Source of the DNA: Candidatus Poseidoniales archaeon
GTDB lineage: Archaea; Thermoplasmatota; Poseidoniia; Poseidoniales; Thalassarchaeaceae
Direction: 5' to 3'
Length of the DNA: 64,000 bases
Assembly: GCA_003602515.1 (NCBI GenBank)
Contig: QQSB01000005.1
Location: 88,247-152,246, forward strand
Positions 49,960 to 59,533 of the stretch are shown piece by piece (position 1 is the first letter of the stretch; each line of letters begins with the position of its first letter). A model generated the notes under the pieces. The model did not search any database. It saw only the letters and a program-made list of their open reading frames with translations, and was not told the DNA's origin. A program made the translations under genes and the position numbers.

Positions 49960-50793
49960 ATGGCCGACTGGCGACCTATGCTAAATCGCCGAGAGGATGG
50001 TTTTCCAAGGATAATGGGGGTTGTCAACGTCACACCGGACTCGTTTCACACAGATTCTAGGTATGTGGATACGGAACAGGCAGTTTTCGCCGCAATCAGA
50101 ATGATTGAAGATGGAGCCGATTGGGTTGACGTTGGGGGCGAGTCTACTAGGCCGGGTGCTAAGTCAGTAACATTGGAAGACGAGTTGAGCCGGGTTATCC
50201 CCGTCATAGAGGGAATACGGAAAGAGAACTCAGATATCTGCATCTCCGTTGACACCAGAAGAGCAGAAGTTGCCCGTCAGGCTCTAGAATTAGGAGCTGA
50301 CATGGTGAATGACGTCTCGGCTCTGAGCGATCCGGGAATGTTGGACGTAGTTGTTGGATTCGAGTGTCCGATATGTATCATGCACATGCAAGGACTGCCA
50401 GAGAACATGCAGGATGACCCCAAGTATGGCGACGTAGTGGATGAAGTTAGGTCCTACATGTCCGAGACTACAAGCAGACTGGTCGAAGCAGGAGTTGATC
50501 CATCGCTAATAGTCGTTGATCCCGGAGTGGGATTCGGAAAAACCCTGGATCATAATCTGGCCCTACTCTCCTCCGGGAGGGGAATTGTGCCTAACAAGCA
50601 AATCGGACTGATGTGGGGAGTCAGCAGGAAGAGTATGTTCCATGACCTACTGGGGCGCGAGACAAGTGGAGATAGGCTCGCTGGAACGTTAGGAATAGCT
50701 GCGGTTTCCGTGCACAAAGAGGTCGACATAATCAGAGTCCATGACGTAACCGAGCATTCGGATACTTTCGCGGCGATGAAGGCGGTGAGATGA
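49960..50793 (+). CDS. folP: Dihydropteroate synthase
   Basis: MGVVNVTPDSFHTDS, DVGGESTRPGA and DPGVGFGK are present. Confidence 0.9.
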   Translation: MADWRPMLNRREDGFPRIMGVVNVTPDSFHTDSRYVDTEQAVFAAIRMIEDGADWVDVGGESTRPGAKSVTLEDELSRVIPVIEGIRKENSDICISVDTRRAEVARQALELGADMVNDVSALSDPGMLDVVVGFECPICIMHMQGLPENMQDDPKYGDVVDEVRSYMSETTSRLVEAGVDPSLIVVDPGVGFGKTLDHNLALLSSGRGIVPNKQIGLMWGVSRKSMFHDLLGRETSGDRLAGTLGIAAVSVHKEVDIIRVHDVTEHSDTFAAMKAVR

Positions 50794-50797
50794 GAAG

Positions 50798-51964
50798 ATG
50801 CCCGAGGGAAGTAACAATATCATCGACATCGATGATGGGTTGAGGATATTGGGAACGGCTCACGTAAGTAGTGAATCGGTTGAACTAGTACGAAGTCAGA
50901 TTGAGGATTGGGGGCCAGACTTGGTTGCAGTAGAGCTTTGTCCATCGAGACTGACTGCATTGACAAAACCGGACTCATTAGAATCTGAAGACCTATTGAA
51001 GATAATCAAAGAGGGGAGGTCGGCGATGATACTCCTGCAATCGGCACTTGCAGCACAACAGAGGAGGATGGGAGTCACATCCGGAGAAAAACCAGGGGCA
51101 GAGCTCCTGGCAGCCGTTAACGCAGCCGAGGACTCAGGAGTTCCAGTGGAAATGATCGATAGAGACGTGGTTGTAACCCTAAGGAGGGCATGGAGAAAGA
51201 TGGGCATCATAGAGAAATGGAGGATTTTGAACGCCCTTCTGTGGGAAGAAGACGATGATGAGGTTTCCATAGACGATGTACTCGGGGACTCAGACCTCCT
51301 CAGCAGTATGATGGAGGAAGCAAGGGAGATTGCTCCCGGTGCAGGTGAGGTCCTGATCGACGAACGCGACACATTCCTAGCAGGAAGGATTCAGCAGATC
51401 CGAGGAAAGGGAAAGATTCTGGCAGTAATCGGTGCTGGGCACCTAAGTGGTGTTGCGCACAACCTTGGTGAGCCTGCCATCGAAACTACATCGAAGTTGG
51501 CTGAGCTAGGCAAGGAACCTCCCAAGTCCATCTGGCCCAGGATGCTGATGGCTGCAATTCCAATCTTCCTCTTTGGAGCAGTTGCTTGGATGGTTGCAAA
51601 TGGGGAGATGGATGCTCTGAAGCAGACTGCTCAGACATGGTTGATCCTCAATGCAGCGCTGGCCGGAGCAGGGGTGCTGATCGCGAGGGGGCATCCGCTC
51701 TCTATTCTGGTAGGAGCCATTGCATCCCCAATCACATCGCTAAATCCGACTCTGGCAGCTGGATGGTTCGCGGGCTACACGCAGTTGAAGGTAGCATCCC
51801 CCACAGGCAAGGATGCCCAGGACTTCCTGGTCCTCGACGAGGTGTCCCTATTCTGGAAGAATCGTGTGGGAAGGGTCCTGATGGTCACCGCAATGGGAAA
51901 TCTCGGTTCAATGGCGGGTGCTTGGCTTGCGGGTGGGGCCATTCTTGGAATGCTCCTCGGTTGA
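50798..51964 (+). CDS. TraB/PrgY/GumN-family protein with a C-terminal membrane domain
   Basis: ILGTAHVSSESVELV, ELC.SR and GAGHLSGV are present. C-terminal hydrophobic helices follow. Confidence 0.75.
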   Translation: MPEGSNNIIDIDDGLRILGTAHVSSESVELVRSQIEDWGPDLVAVELCPSRLTALTKPDSLESEDLLKIIKEGRSAMILLQSALAAQQRRMGVTSGEKPGAELLAAVNAAEDSGVPVEMIDRDVVVTLRRAWRKMGIIEKWRILNALLWEEDDDEVSIDDVLGDSDLLSSMMEEAREIAPGAGEVLIDERDTFLAGRIQQIRGKGKILAVIGAGHLSGVAHNLGEPAIETTSKLAELGKEPPKSIWPRMLMAAIPIFLFGAVAWMVANGEMDALKQTAQTWLILNAALAGAGVLIARGHPLSILVGAIASPITSLNPTLAAGWFAGYTQLKVASPTGKDAQDFLVLDEVSLFWKNRVGRVLMVTAMGNLGSMAGAWLAGGAILGMLLG

Positions 51965-52002
51965 CGCCAACCATTTTGCGTCGACTCCTCATCGCAGAGA
52001 TT

Positions 52003-53415
52003 GTGACGAACTACGGATTCGTGATAAACAACAAGACTTGCATCGGGTGCCATGCTTGCACCGTAGCCTGCAAGTCGGAGCATGATATCCCGATCGGAGT
52101 AAATAGGACACATGTCAAGTACATCGAAAAGGGTTCTTATCCCGATTCGACCAGAGAGTTCAGCGTCCATAGATGCAATCATTGCGAGGACTCGCCATGT
52201 ACGACTATCTGTCCGACCACGGCTCTTTTCACAAGATCCGATGGGATTGTCGATTTCGATGATGAGAGGTGCATAGGGTGCAAGTCGTGCATGCAAGCTT
52301 GCCCCTATGATGCGCTTTACATCGACCCCAACAAGGGTACTGCAGCCAAATGTAATTACTGCGCGCACAGAATCGAGCATTCATACGAACCGGCATGTGT
52401 AATCGTCTGCCCGACTGAGTCCATCGTCTCGGGGGACTTGGACGACCCCAACTCCGCGATTTCCAATCTTGTCGCCTCGCATGAGACGACCGTTAGGAAG
52501 CCCCATTCGGGAGCTACTCCCAACCTGTACTATATTGACGCAAGCGAGGAGATGCTCGATCCATACGCAACGGAGGTAACTGGATCAGGCATGTGGACTG
52601 AACAGGCTTTCGGGGTAGGGCACTTCGCAAAGTACGCAGATAGCAGATTGGATAGTGCAGACACGACTTCAATGATAGTGCAACTGGCCCTGGAAAAGAA
52701 GGCAAAGCAGTCATCCCCTCGAGATCAGGCGATCATCAGAGATGTGATGGAAAGACTGTCGGAAGAGACGGGTGGTGCAAAGCGAAGTTATGACCAGCCA
52801 AGCAAGGGAATCCTATGGGGTTGGGAGGTTTCTGCTTACATCTGGACTAAGGGAATTGCAGCGGGAACCTACGTGGTAGCGGCACTAGCAATGCTTTCTG
52901 GGTTTGCCGAGATGAGCGATGGCCTATGGACGATGACGCTCGGAGTCAGTATCGTTTTCCTGGCAATCACTGGAATCCTACTCGTAATGGACCTGGACAG
53001 GCCCGAGAGATTCCTCTACGTCATGCTTAGGCCTAATTGGGATTCTTGGCTGGTCAAAGGCGCATACATCCTCTCCGGTTTTGGTGGAATTCTAGCCCTT
53101 AGTGCTGGAGTCATTATCCTGGACTTGGACAGGTCTTTGCTCACATATCTGGCGATTGCAGGCGTCCCCCTGGCGTTGCTAACAGGGGTTTACACAGCTT
53201 GGCTGCTGATGCAAGCCAAGGGTAGATCCTGGTCAGAAGATTCTCTTCTACCTGCAAAATTTCTAGTTGAAACCGTAGCTATCGGGGCAGCAGTTTTCTT
53301 CCCCCTCTCTTTGATGGAGCCACTCTCCTTCGCTATCGGAGGGGCAGTCCTGCTTGGGATTCTAGCTCATGACAATAAATTGGTGATGAAGCCGCAGATG
53401 GAACCGTTGTTGTGA
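52003..53415 (+). CDS. 4Fe-4S (PsrB/DmsB/TtrB-like) subunit fused to a shortened NrfD/PsrC-like membrane anchor
   Basis: There are four Cys clusters: CIGCHACTVAC, CNHCEDSPCTTIC, CIGCKSCMQAC and CNYC...CVIVC. About 5-6 TM helices follow, with the NrfD-like WGWEVSAYIWTKGIAAG and DLDRPERFLYVMLRPNWDSWLVKG. The start is uncertain: GTG 52003 or TTG 51961. The ORF-track extension to 51586 overlaps the TraB gene. Confidence 0.8.
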   Translation: MTNYGFVINNKTCIGCHACTVACKSEHDIPIGVNRTHVKYIEKGSYPDSTREFSVHRCNHCEDSPCTTICPTTALFTRSDGIVDFDDERCIGCKSCMQACPYDALYIDPNKGTAAKCNYCAHRIEHSYEPACVIVCPTESIVSGDLDDPNSAISNLVASHETTVRKPHSGATPNLYYIDASEEMLDPYATEVTGSGMWTEQAFGVGHFAKYADSRLDSADTTSMIVQLALEKKAKQSSPRDQAIIRDVMERLSEETGGAKRSYDQPSKGILWGWEVSAYIWTKGIAAGTYVVAALAMLSGFAEMSDGLWTMTLGVSIVFLAITGILLVMDLDRPERFLYVMLRPNWDSWLVKGAYILSGFGGILALSAGVIILDLDRSLLTYLAIAGVPLALLTGVYTAWLLMQAKGRSWSEDSLLPAKFLVETVAIGAAVFFPLSLMEPLSFAIGGAVLLGILAHDNKLVMKPQMEPLL

Positions 53416-53424
53416 GGTGCTAGA

Positions 53425-56151
53425 TTGGGCAGGACATTCATAGAAAAAGTAGCGCAGAGGCTGCGAATTATTCCTAATTTGGACAGGCCGGATGCTGTGG
53501 GCGCTAGTGGTCCACTGAGGAACTTCCCCGAACCGGAAGGATGGCACGACCACGTGGAGCTTGATGCTAACCAGTGGCCGAAGATGATCGAGAAGCGTTA
53601 CTCCTTGGTTCCGACGACATGCTTCAACTGCGAGTCTGCCTGTGGCCTACTGGCATATGTGGACAAGGACTCGGGGCAGGTATCGAAGTTCGAGGGCAAT
53701 CCTCACCATCCCGGAAGCAGAGGAAGGAACTGTGCGAAGGGACCTGCTACGATCAACCAGATCAATGACACAGAGAGAATCCTACACCCAATGAAGAGGG
53801 TTGGCCCAAGGGGAGAGGGAGGCTGGGAGAGAGTTACCTGGGACGAGGCGTTGGATGAGATATCCGCCAAGATCAGGGGCTCCCTGAAGACGGGAGCCAA
53901 GGATAGAGTCGTTTATCACGTCGGGCGTCCGGGTCACGAGGGCTATACAAATCGGATTCTGAAGGCCTGGGGGGTCGATGGGCACAACAGCCACACCAAT
54001 ATCTGCTCCGCCGGTGCGAGGACCGGTTATGCGCTCTGGCACCGTCACGACAGGCCATCGCCCGATCATGCCAATGCCAAAGTTATCCTCCTGACATCCT
54101 CGCATTTGGAGACCGGGCACTACTTCAACCCGCATGCTCAAAGGATTCTGGAGGGGATGATGGATGGAGCTAAGCTCATCGTGCTGGACCCTAGGCTCTC
54201 CAACACTGCTGCGATGGCGGACCATTGGCTTCCGACTTGGCCCGGATCAGAATCGGCCCTCTTCCTAACTTGGGCAAACATGATTCTAGAGAAGGGTCTG
54301 TTCGACAAGGACTTCGTAGAGAAATGGGTGAACTGGGAGGAGTGGTTGGAGGCCGATTACCCAGAAGAGCCTAGGGAGTTTGATCGTTTCATCGAGCTTC
54401 TGATGGACCAGTATTCTCCCTACACCCCAGAGTTCGCCGCTAAGGAGTGCAGGATTCCAGTTGAGCAGGTAATTGAAGTTGGGGAGATTGTGGCGAATGC
54501 TGGAAGCAGGCTGGCCACTCACGTGTGGAGGGCTGCTGCCATAGGAAATCTCGGTGGGTGGCAGGTCAGCAGAACCCTGCATCTACTCAATGTCCTTACT
54601 GGTAGCGTGGGCACGGAAGGGGGCACTTCACCCAACTCTTGGTCTAAGTACAAGCCCGATCTCTTCGACGTCCCCCCCGATCCGGATGGTTGGAACGAGT
54701 TGCACTTCCCGCCCGAGTACACGATGTCCCACTACGAAATGAGTCACATCCTGCCTCACCTAGTGAAAGAAGGCAGGGGCGAGATGGATGTTTACTTCAC
54801 CAGAGTATTCAACCCTGTTTGGACCTATCCGGACGGTTTCTCGTGGATCGAGATGCTGCAGAACAGGGATGCAGTGGGATGCCACGTCGCACTGACCCCG
54901 ACTTGGAACGAGACTGCATTCTTTGCGGACTACGTACTGCCAATGGGGCACGCTTCAGAGAGGCACGACGTCAACTCATACGCAACCAGTTCGGGTAAGT
55001 GGGTAGCCTTCAGGCAACCTGTTCTGAGAGAATTTGCGCGCAGAGAGGGAAAGGAAGTCGAATTCACTCACGAGGTCAATCCCGGCGAGGTTTGGGAGGA
55101 GGACGAATTCTGGAACGAGCTTTCATGGAGGATAGACGATGGAACGATGGGAATCAGGGAGCACTTCATGAGCCCGTACCGAGAAGGAGAGAGGATAACT
55201 ATCGACGAATACTACCAGTACATGTTCGAGAGGATTCCGGGACTCCCCGAAGCCGCGGAGGCCGAAGGTACCGATCCTCTAGGCTACATGAGGAAACACG
55301 GTGCTTTCCTGATCGAGGAGGCTACCTACAACAAGCACGAAGAGGATGGGTGGCCCACTCCGAGCGGAAAGCAGGAGATATACTCGAACAGCATGGTCGA
55401 GTTCGGATATCCTGAGCACTCCATACCCCACTACAGAGTAATGAGCCACGTCCATCCTGATAATCTGCAGGGCGAGGATGAGTACTGCCTACTTCCGAAC
55501 TTCCGCCTACCCCAGCACATCCACTCTCGCTCTGCTAATGCTAAATGGCTTGCAGAGATAGCCCATCGAAACCCCCTATGGGTGCACCCTAATGATGCTG
55601 ACAAGTTAGGGGTGAGCGAGGGAGGCCTGCTTAAGGTGGAGACGGAGATAGGCTGGTTCATTGACAAGGTCTGGGTTACTGAAGGCATCAAGCCAGGCAT
55701 CATCGGATGCTCACACCACATTGGTAGATGGAGGAGGAAGCAGGACTCAGGGAACAGGTACATGACCAACGAGGTCGAGATAGAGGACCTGGGCGAGGGA
55801 AGGATGAGGATGAGGACGGTCACAGGAGTCAGACCGTGGGAGTCTGACGACCCGGATACAAACAGAGTTTGGTGGAGGGATGGAGGAGTACATCAGAACA
55901 TCACCCATGCCGTTCAGCCAGACCCCATCAGTGGTGCGCACTGCTGGCTACAGAAGGTTAGGATATCGAGACCGTCCCATGGAGAGAAGTACGGGGACGT
56001 CGAGGTCGATACGAACAGATCGTTTGAGTACTACAAGAAGTGGAACGAAATGGCCAAGGAAAGAGAGGTTCACCCTCGTGGGGAAAGAAGGCCCTTGTGG
56101 ATGAACCGGCCACTGCCACCGAGGAAGGAACACTGGTTCATCAGAGAATAG
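53425..56151 (+). CDS. Molybdopterin (bis-MGD) oxidoreductase catalytic subunit, substrate unknown
   Basis: The N-terminal FeS motif is CFNCESACG-x27-C (NCAKG). Its size and collinearity fit the MopB superfamily. There is no twin-arginine motif. The start is TTG 53425 or ATG 53584. Confidence 0.85.
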   Translation: MGRTFIEKVAQRLRIIPNLDRPDAVGASGPLRNFPEPEGWHDHVELDANQWPKMIEKRYSLVPTTCFNCESACGLLAYVDKDSGQVSKFEGNPHHPGSRGRNCAKGPATINQINDTERILHPMKRVGPRGEGGWERVTWDEALDEISAKIRGSLKTGAKDRVVYHVGRPGHEGYTNRILKAWGVDGHNSHTNICSAGARTGYALWHRHDRPSPDHANAKVILLTSSHLETGHYFNPHAQRILEGMMDGAKLIVLDPRLSNTAAMADHWLPTWPGSESALFLTWANMILEKGLFDKDFVEKWVNWEEWLEADYPEEPREFDRFIELLMDQYSPYTPEFAAKECRIPVEQVIEVGEIVANAGSRLATHVWRAAAIGNLGGWQVSRTLHLLNVLTGSVGTEGGTSPNSWSKYKPDLFDVPPDPDGWNELHFPPEYTMSHYEMSHILPHLVKEGRGEMDVYFTRVFNPVWTYPDGFSWIEMLQNRDAVGCHVALTPTWNETAFFADYVLPMGHASERHDVNSYATSSGKWVAFRQPVLREFARREGKEVEFTHEVNPGEVWEEDEFWNELSWRIDDGTMGIREHFMSPYREGERITIDEYYQYMFERIPGLPEAAEAEGTDPLGYMRKHGAFLIEEATYNKHEEDGWPTPSGKQEIYSNSMVEFGYPEHSIPHYRVMSHVHPDNLQGEDEYCLLPNFRLPQHIHSRSANAKWLAEIAHRNPLWVHPNDADKLGVSEGGLLKVETEIGWFIDKVWVTEGIKPGIIGCSHHIGRWRRKQDSGNRYMTNEVEIEDLGEGRMRMRTVTGVRPWESDDPDTNRVWWRDGGVHQNITHAVQPDPISGAHCWLQKVRISRPSHGEKYGDVEVDTNRSFEYYKKWNEMAKEREVHPRGERRPLWMNRPLPPRKEHWFIRE

Positions 56152-56152
56152 A

Positions 56153-56377
56153 TCAGACCGAGGGTTCTGCTACTCCCCACTCCACGGCTTCCCATGCCCT
56201 TTCATGGACGTAGTAGAATCCCATCTTCAATGGGAACTCTATGACGATGAACCATCCTGCTGTCTCTATCTCACCGGTAAGCATCCCGGCCACTGCAGCC
56301 CCTGTCAAAGTCGCAATTATTCTCCAAGCAAATGTCTTTGCAAGGACGCGTTCCCTAGTGTACATTCCCATCGCCAT
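56153..56377 (-). CDS. DUF2061-family small membrane protein
   Basis: FAWRIIATLTG...FYYVHERAWEAVEWG is present. Confidence 0.65.
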   Translation of the reverse strand: MAMGMYTRERVLAKTFAWRIIATLTGAAVAGMLTGEIETAGWFIVIEFPLKMGFYYVHERAWEAVEWGVAEPSV

Positions 56378-56445
56378 ATCAACGCGCGGGCCTAGCGTGG
56401 AGCAATTAACCTAAGCGGTTCCTCGTGATGAATACACAAGATTTC

Positions 56446-56718
56446 CTAGGAAGGGGGAATAGCCGGAGTTGAACTCGGGTCTGTGGGATCGATATCTTCT
56501 AGGCCCCAGTCGCTCCAACTCCATCCCCTCTCATGGAAGTAGTACAGGATCATCTTCGTGAAGAGTTCGGTGGTTCCTACTGCTGCTCCCGCTGCCCAAC
56601 TGCCTGTCACTATCCTAGTGATGATTATAGTATCAAGCGTCCCTATAGTTCGCCATGAAATAGTCTTAGCGAGGCTTCTCTTTGCGGATGCGTGTCCGGT
56701 CCCTGGTATATGTGCCAT
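56446..56718 (-). CDS. DUF2061-family small membrane protein (paralogue)
   Basis: ISWRTIGTLDT...LYYFHERGWSWSDWG is present. Confidence 0.65.
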   Translation of the reverse strand: MAHIPGTGHASAKRSLAKTISWRTIGTLDTIIITRIVTGSWAAGAAVGTTELFTKMILYYFHERGWSWSDWGLEDIDPTDPSSTPAIPPS

Positions 56719-56773
56719 ATGTTACGACACGTTCGATAAGGGATAACTCCTCCGATGCAGGGTTCTAAGAATC

Positions 56774-58036
56774 TCATATCGATTCTATCACAACAGCGAT
56801 TCCTTGACCGCCGCCGATGCAGGCCGTGGCTACACCGAAACGCCCGCCAGTCCTCTTCAACTGGTGCGAGAGAGTCAGGACCAGCCTAGTTCCGGTTGCT
56901 GCTAGAGGGTGCCCTAGTCCGACGGCACCACCATTCACATTGACTCGGTCATAGTCTATCCCGAGATCCTTGATGCAGGCCACTGCCTGACCTGCGAATG
57001 CCTCGTTAATCTCCCACAGGTCTATTTCAGAGACCGTGAGGCCTGCATTCTGGATCGCCTTCTGGCTGGAGGGAACTGGACCGTAAGCCATGATGCTGGG
57101 CTCAAGACCGACTATCCCCCATGAGACAATTCTTGCGAGAGGTTCATCGCCGTCTGCCTCTGCTCTGGATGCAGACTTCACCACAACAGCTGCAGCGCCA
57201 TCGACGACTCCGGAGGCATTTCCCGCCGTCACCAGTGAATCAGGTCCGAAGTGAGTCCTCAGTCCGGAGAGAGTGTCGATGGTCGTTCCGAGGACTACGT
57301 GATCCTCGTGGGAGTGGTCGATTACGCCATCTGGGGTCTCTACTGAAATTACCTCATCCTGCCAAATACCAGATGAGACGCTTGATTCCGTCCTCTGGTG
57401 ACTCATGGCGGCGTACTCGTCTGCCTCCTCACGGACTACGCCCTTCCTACGGCATAATTCGTCACTAGTCTGGGCCATGAACATGCCACTGACCCCATCG
57501 ACCAGATTGGTGAATAGATAGTCCTCCATATCTTGTGGGATTTCTTCCCCGGCAGAAGGCGGCCTACCGAGCTTGTAAGACCCCCTCATGCCCCTGAGGA
57601 CATGTGGAGCCTGGCTGAGGTTCTCCATGCCTCCTGCGACAACCACCTCTGCCTCTCCCAGCATTATCATCTGAGTTGCACTGATTATCGACTGTGCTCC
57701 ACTTCCGCAAAGTCGGTTTAGTGTTAGCATCGGGACTTCCTGTGGTATTCCTGCTCTGAGCCCGGCGTGCCTGGCTCCAAAGATTGCTTGTCCAGAGGTC
57801 TGCAATGCGTGCCCCATGACTACGTGTTCAACGGAATTTGGGTTTGTACCGGAATTATCCATGGCACCCTTGATTGCTATGGTTCCCAGTTCCTCTGCGG
57901 ACACGGATGATAGTCTCCCTCCGGGACCGCCATCCCCTCTCTTGCCACCTAGCCATTCGCAGAAAGGGGTCCTTGCCCCCCCTACGACAACCGCGCTCTC
58001 GGTCATGCCATTACTTCCACTAGGATCAAGATTCAT
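56774..58036 (-). CDS. Acetyl-CoA C-acetyltransferase (thiolase II type)
   Basis: The active-site contexts are NRLCGSGAQSI, NVNGGAVGLGHPLAATG and ACIGGGQGIA. Confidence 0.9.
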   Translation of the reverse strand: MNLDPSGSNGMTESAVVVGGARTPFCEWLGGKRGDGGPGGRLSSVSAEELGTIAIKGAMDNSGTNPNSVEHVVMGHALQTSGQAIFGARHAGLRAGIPQEVPMLTLNRLCGSGAQSIISATQMIMLGEAEVVVAGGMENLSQAPHVLRGMRGSYKLGRPPSAGEEIPQDMEDYLFTNLVDGVSGMFMAQTSDELCRRKGVVREEADEYAAMSHQRTESSVSSGIWQDEVISVETPDGVIDHSHEDHVVLGTTIDTLSGLRTHFGPDSLVTAGNASGVVDGAAAVVVKSASRAEADGDEPLARIVSWGIVGLEPSIMAYGPVPSSQKAIQNAGLTVSEIDLWEINEAFAGQAVACIKDLGIDYDRVNVNGGAVGLGHPLAATGTRLVLTLSHQLKRTGGRFGVATACIGGGQGIAVVIESI

Positions 58037-59444
58037 TTTTCTCGTCTGTCATCGAACCCAAGTAGTCTGGGAGCTCGACGCCGGACATCTTGGCTACGTC
58101 ATGGATTGGCGGCAGGCTCTGGACCAGGCTGCTGACGAAGTTGCTAGTAGCCGAGTTTCCATCGGCGTTGTTGCCGCTGTCCCAGACGGTGATCTTGTCG
58201 ATCTTCAGATTCCGGATTGCCTCAGTCTGTGCATTGACCATGGCCTCTATCTTCTCGACCATCAGTAGGGTTGCGGCTGCCTTGGGGTCGCCGGAAGCGC
58301 TGGACACTAGGCTGCTGTAACCCTTAGCCTTGGACTCCAGGACATTCTGGATACCCTCGGCCTCTGCGTTGTACTTGGCGAGAATAGCATCTGCCTCACC
58401 ACGAGCGATTCTCCTCTGCCTCTCGGCCTCGGCTTCCGCTGCGATCTCGACCTGTTGTTTGGCAACGGTCTCTCTGGCGATCTCACTGGCTCTGAGCTTC
58501 TGCTCTTCCTCATCGTAGGTCGCCATAGCAATCGCGGCCTCTGACTGAGCTGTTGCTACGTCGGCCCTCTGCTTGGCAGATGCCTCGGCCTCGGCTAGGT
58601 CAGCGTTTGCCCTGGCTATCTCCGCCTGAGCTGCATTCTCACCGCCCACAGCCAGTGCCTCTTGCTGCTCGACGTACACACGCTGGTCCGCCTCTGCCTC
58701 CTTTCTCCCCTTCTCGGCCTCTGCTGTGTTCTTAGCGACCTGGATATCCTTTGTTCGGTCTGCCTCTGCCTTACCGATTGCGCCGTCCCTCTCAGCGTTC
58801 GCGACATCTACCCTGGCCTGCTCGACTGCAGTGGATGCTGCCTTCTTACCGATGCTCTCGATGTAGTCTGCATTGTCCGTAATGTCAGCGATGTTGACGT
58901 TGATCAGGTATAGGCCGACCTTCCTCATCTCCTGTCCGACGTTCTTCTGTATCAGCTCTAGGAATGAGTCGCGGTCCTGATTGATCTGCTCGATTGTCAG
59001 GGTCGCGACTGTTAGTCGAAGTTGCCCGAAGATTATCTCCTTAGCCATCTCCTCAATGTCTTCCACCTTGAATCCTAGAAGACGCTCGGCTGCATTGGCC
59101 ATGATGGTTGGCTCAGTGGAAACACCTATTGTGAAGGTGCTCGGAACGTTGATCCTGATGTTCTGTAGGGATAGAGCCCCCCTTAGATCGATGTTGATGG
59201 TCATCGGTTTCAGCGATATGTATGCGTAATCCTGAATCAGTGGCCATACTAGGGCGGCACCACCATGCAGGGTCTTGGAAGGTTTCGGACGTCCGTCCGC
59301 TGTCCTCTCGGTACGACCATAAATCACCATTATCTGATCAGGTGGACATCTCTTGTATCGCTGTGCGAAAAACATCACAGCAGCAACAAGAATCAGTACA
59401 ACTGCAAAAATCATTATTGTTAGTATTCCCTCTGCTTCTACCAT
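58026..59444 (-). CDS. Flotillin-like SPFH/band-7 protein (YqiK type)
   Basis: An N-terminal TM and an SPFH domain are followed by a long Ala/Glu-rich coiled-coil (AEAEKGRKEAEADQ..., AEAEASAKQRAD...). It overlaps the thiolase start by 11 nt. Confidence 0.85.
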   Translation of the reverse strand: MVEAEGILTIMIFAVVLILVAAVMFFAQRYKRCPPDQIMVIYGRTERTADGRPKPSKTLHGGAALVWPLIQDYAYISLKPMTINIDLRGALSLQNIRINVPSTFTIGVSTEPTIMANAAERLLGFKVEDIEEMAKEIIFGQLRLTVATLTIEQINQDRDSFLELIQKNVGQEMRKVGLYLINVNIADITDNADYIESIGKKAASTAVEQARVDVANAERDGAIGKAEADRTKDIQVAKNTAEAEKGRKEAEADQRVYVEQQEALAVGGENAAQAEIARANADLAEAEASAKQRADVATAQSEAAIAMATYDEEEQKLRASEIARETVAKQQVEIAAEAEAERQRRIARGEADAILAKYNAEAEGIQNVLESKAKGYSSLVSSASGDPKAAATLLMVEKIEAMVNAQTEAIRNLKIDKITVWDSGNNADGNSATSNFVSSLVQSLPPIHDVAKMSGVELPDYLGSMTDEKNES

Positions 59445-59533
59445 TGGCTCAACTCATTAAAGAAGAGGGGTTGCTTACCTATGAATCCTTACCCGCCACG
59501 CTCTTTAGAGCGAACGAGGAAATCTTCCGGGCC

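Noticed and set aside
51586-52002. The 5' extension of the FeS/anchor ORF, which makes a 609-aa protein overlapping the TraB gene by about 380 nt.
   Set aside because: The overlapping part (MDGCKWGDGCSEADC...) is Gly/Arg/Cys-rich junk in an alternative frame of a well-supported TraB coding region. Homology to FeS subunits begins at TNYGFVINNKTCIGC. I therefore moved the start to GTG 52003, or TTG 51961.
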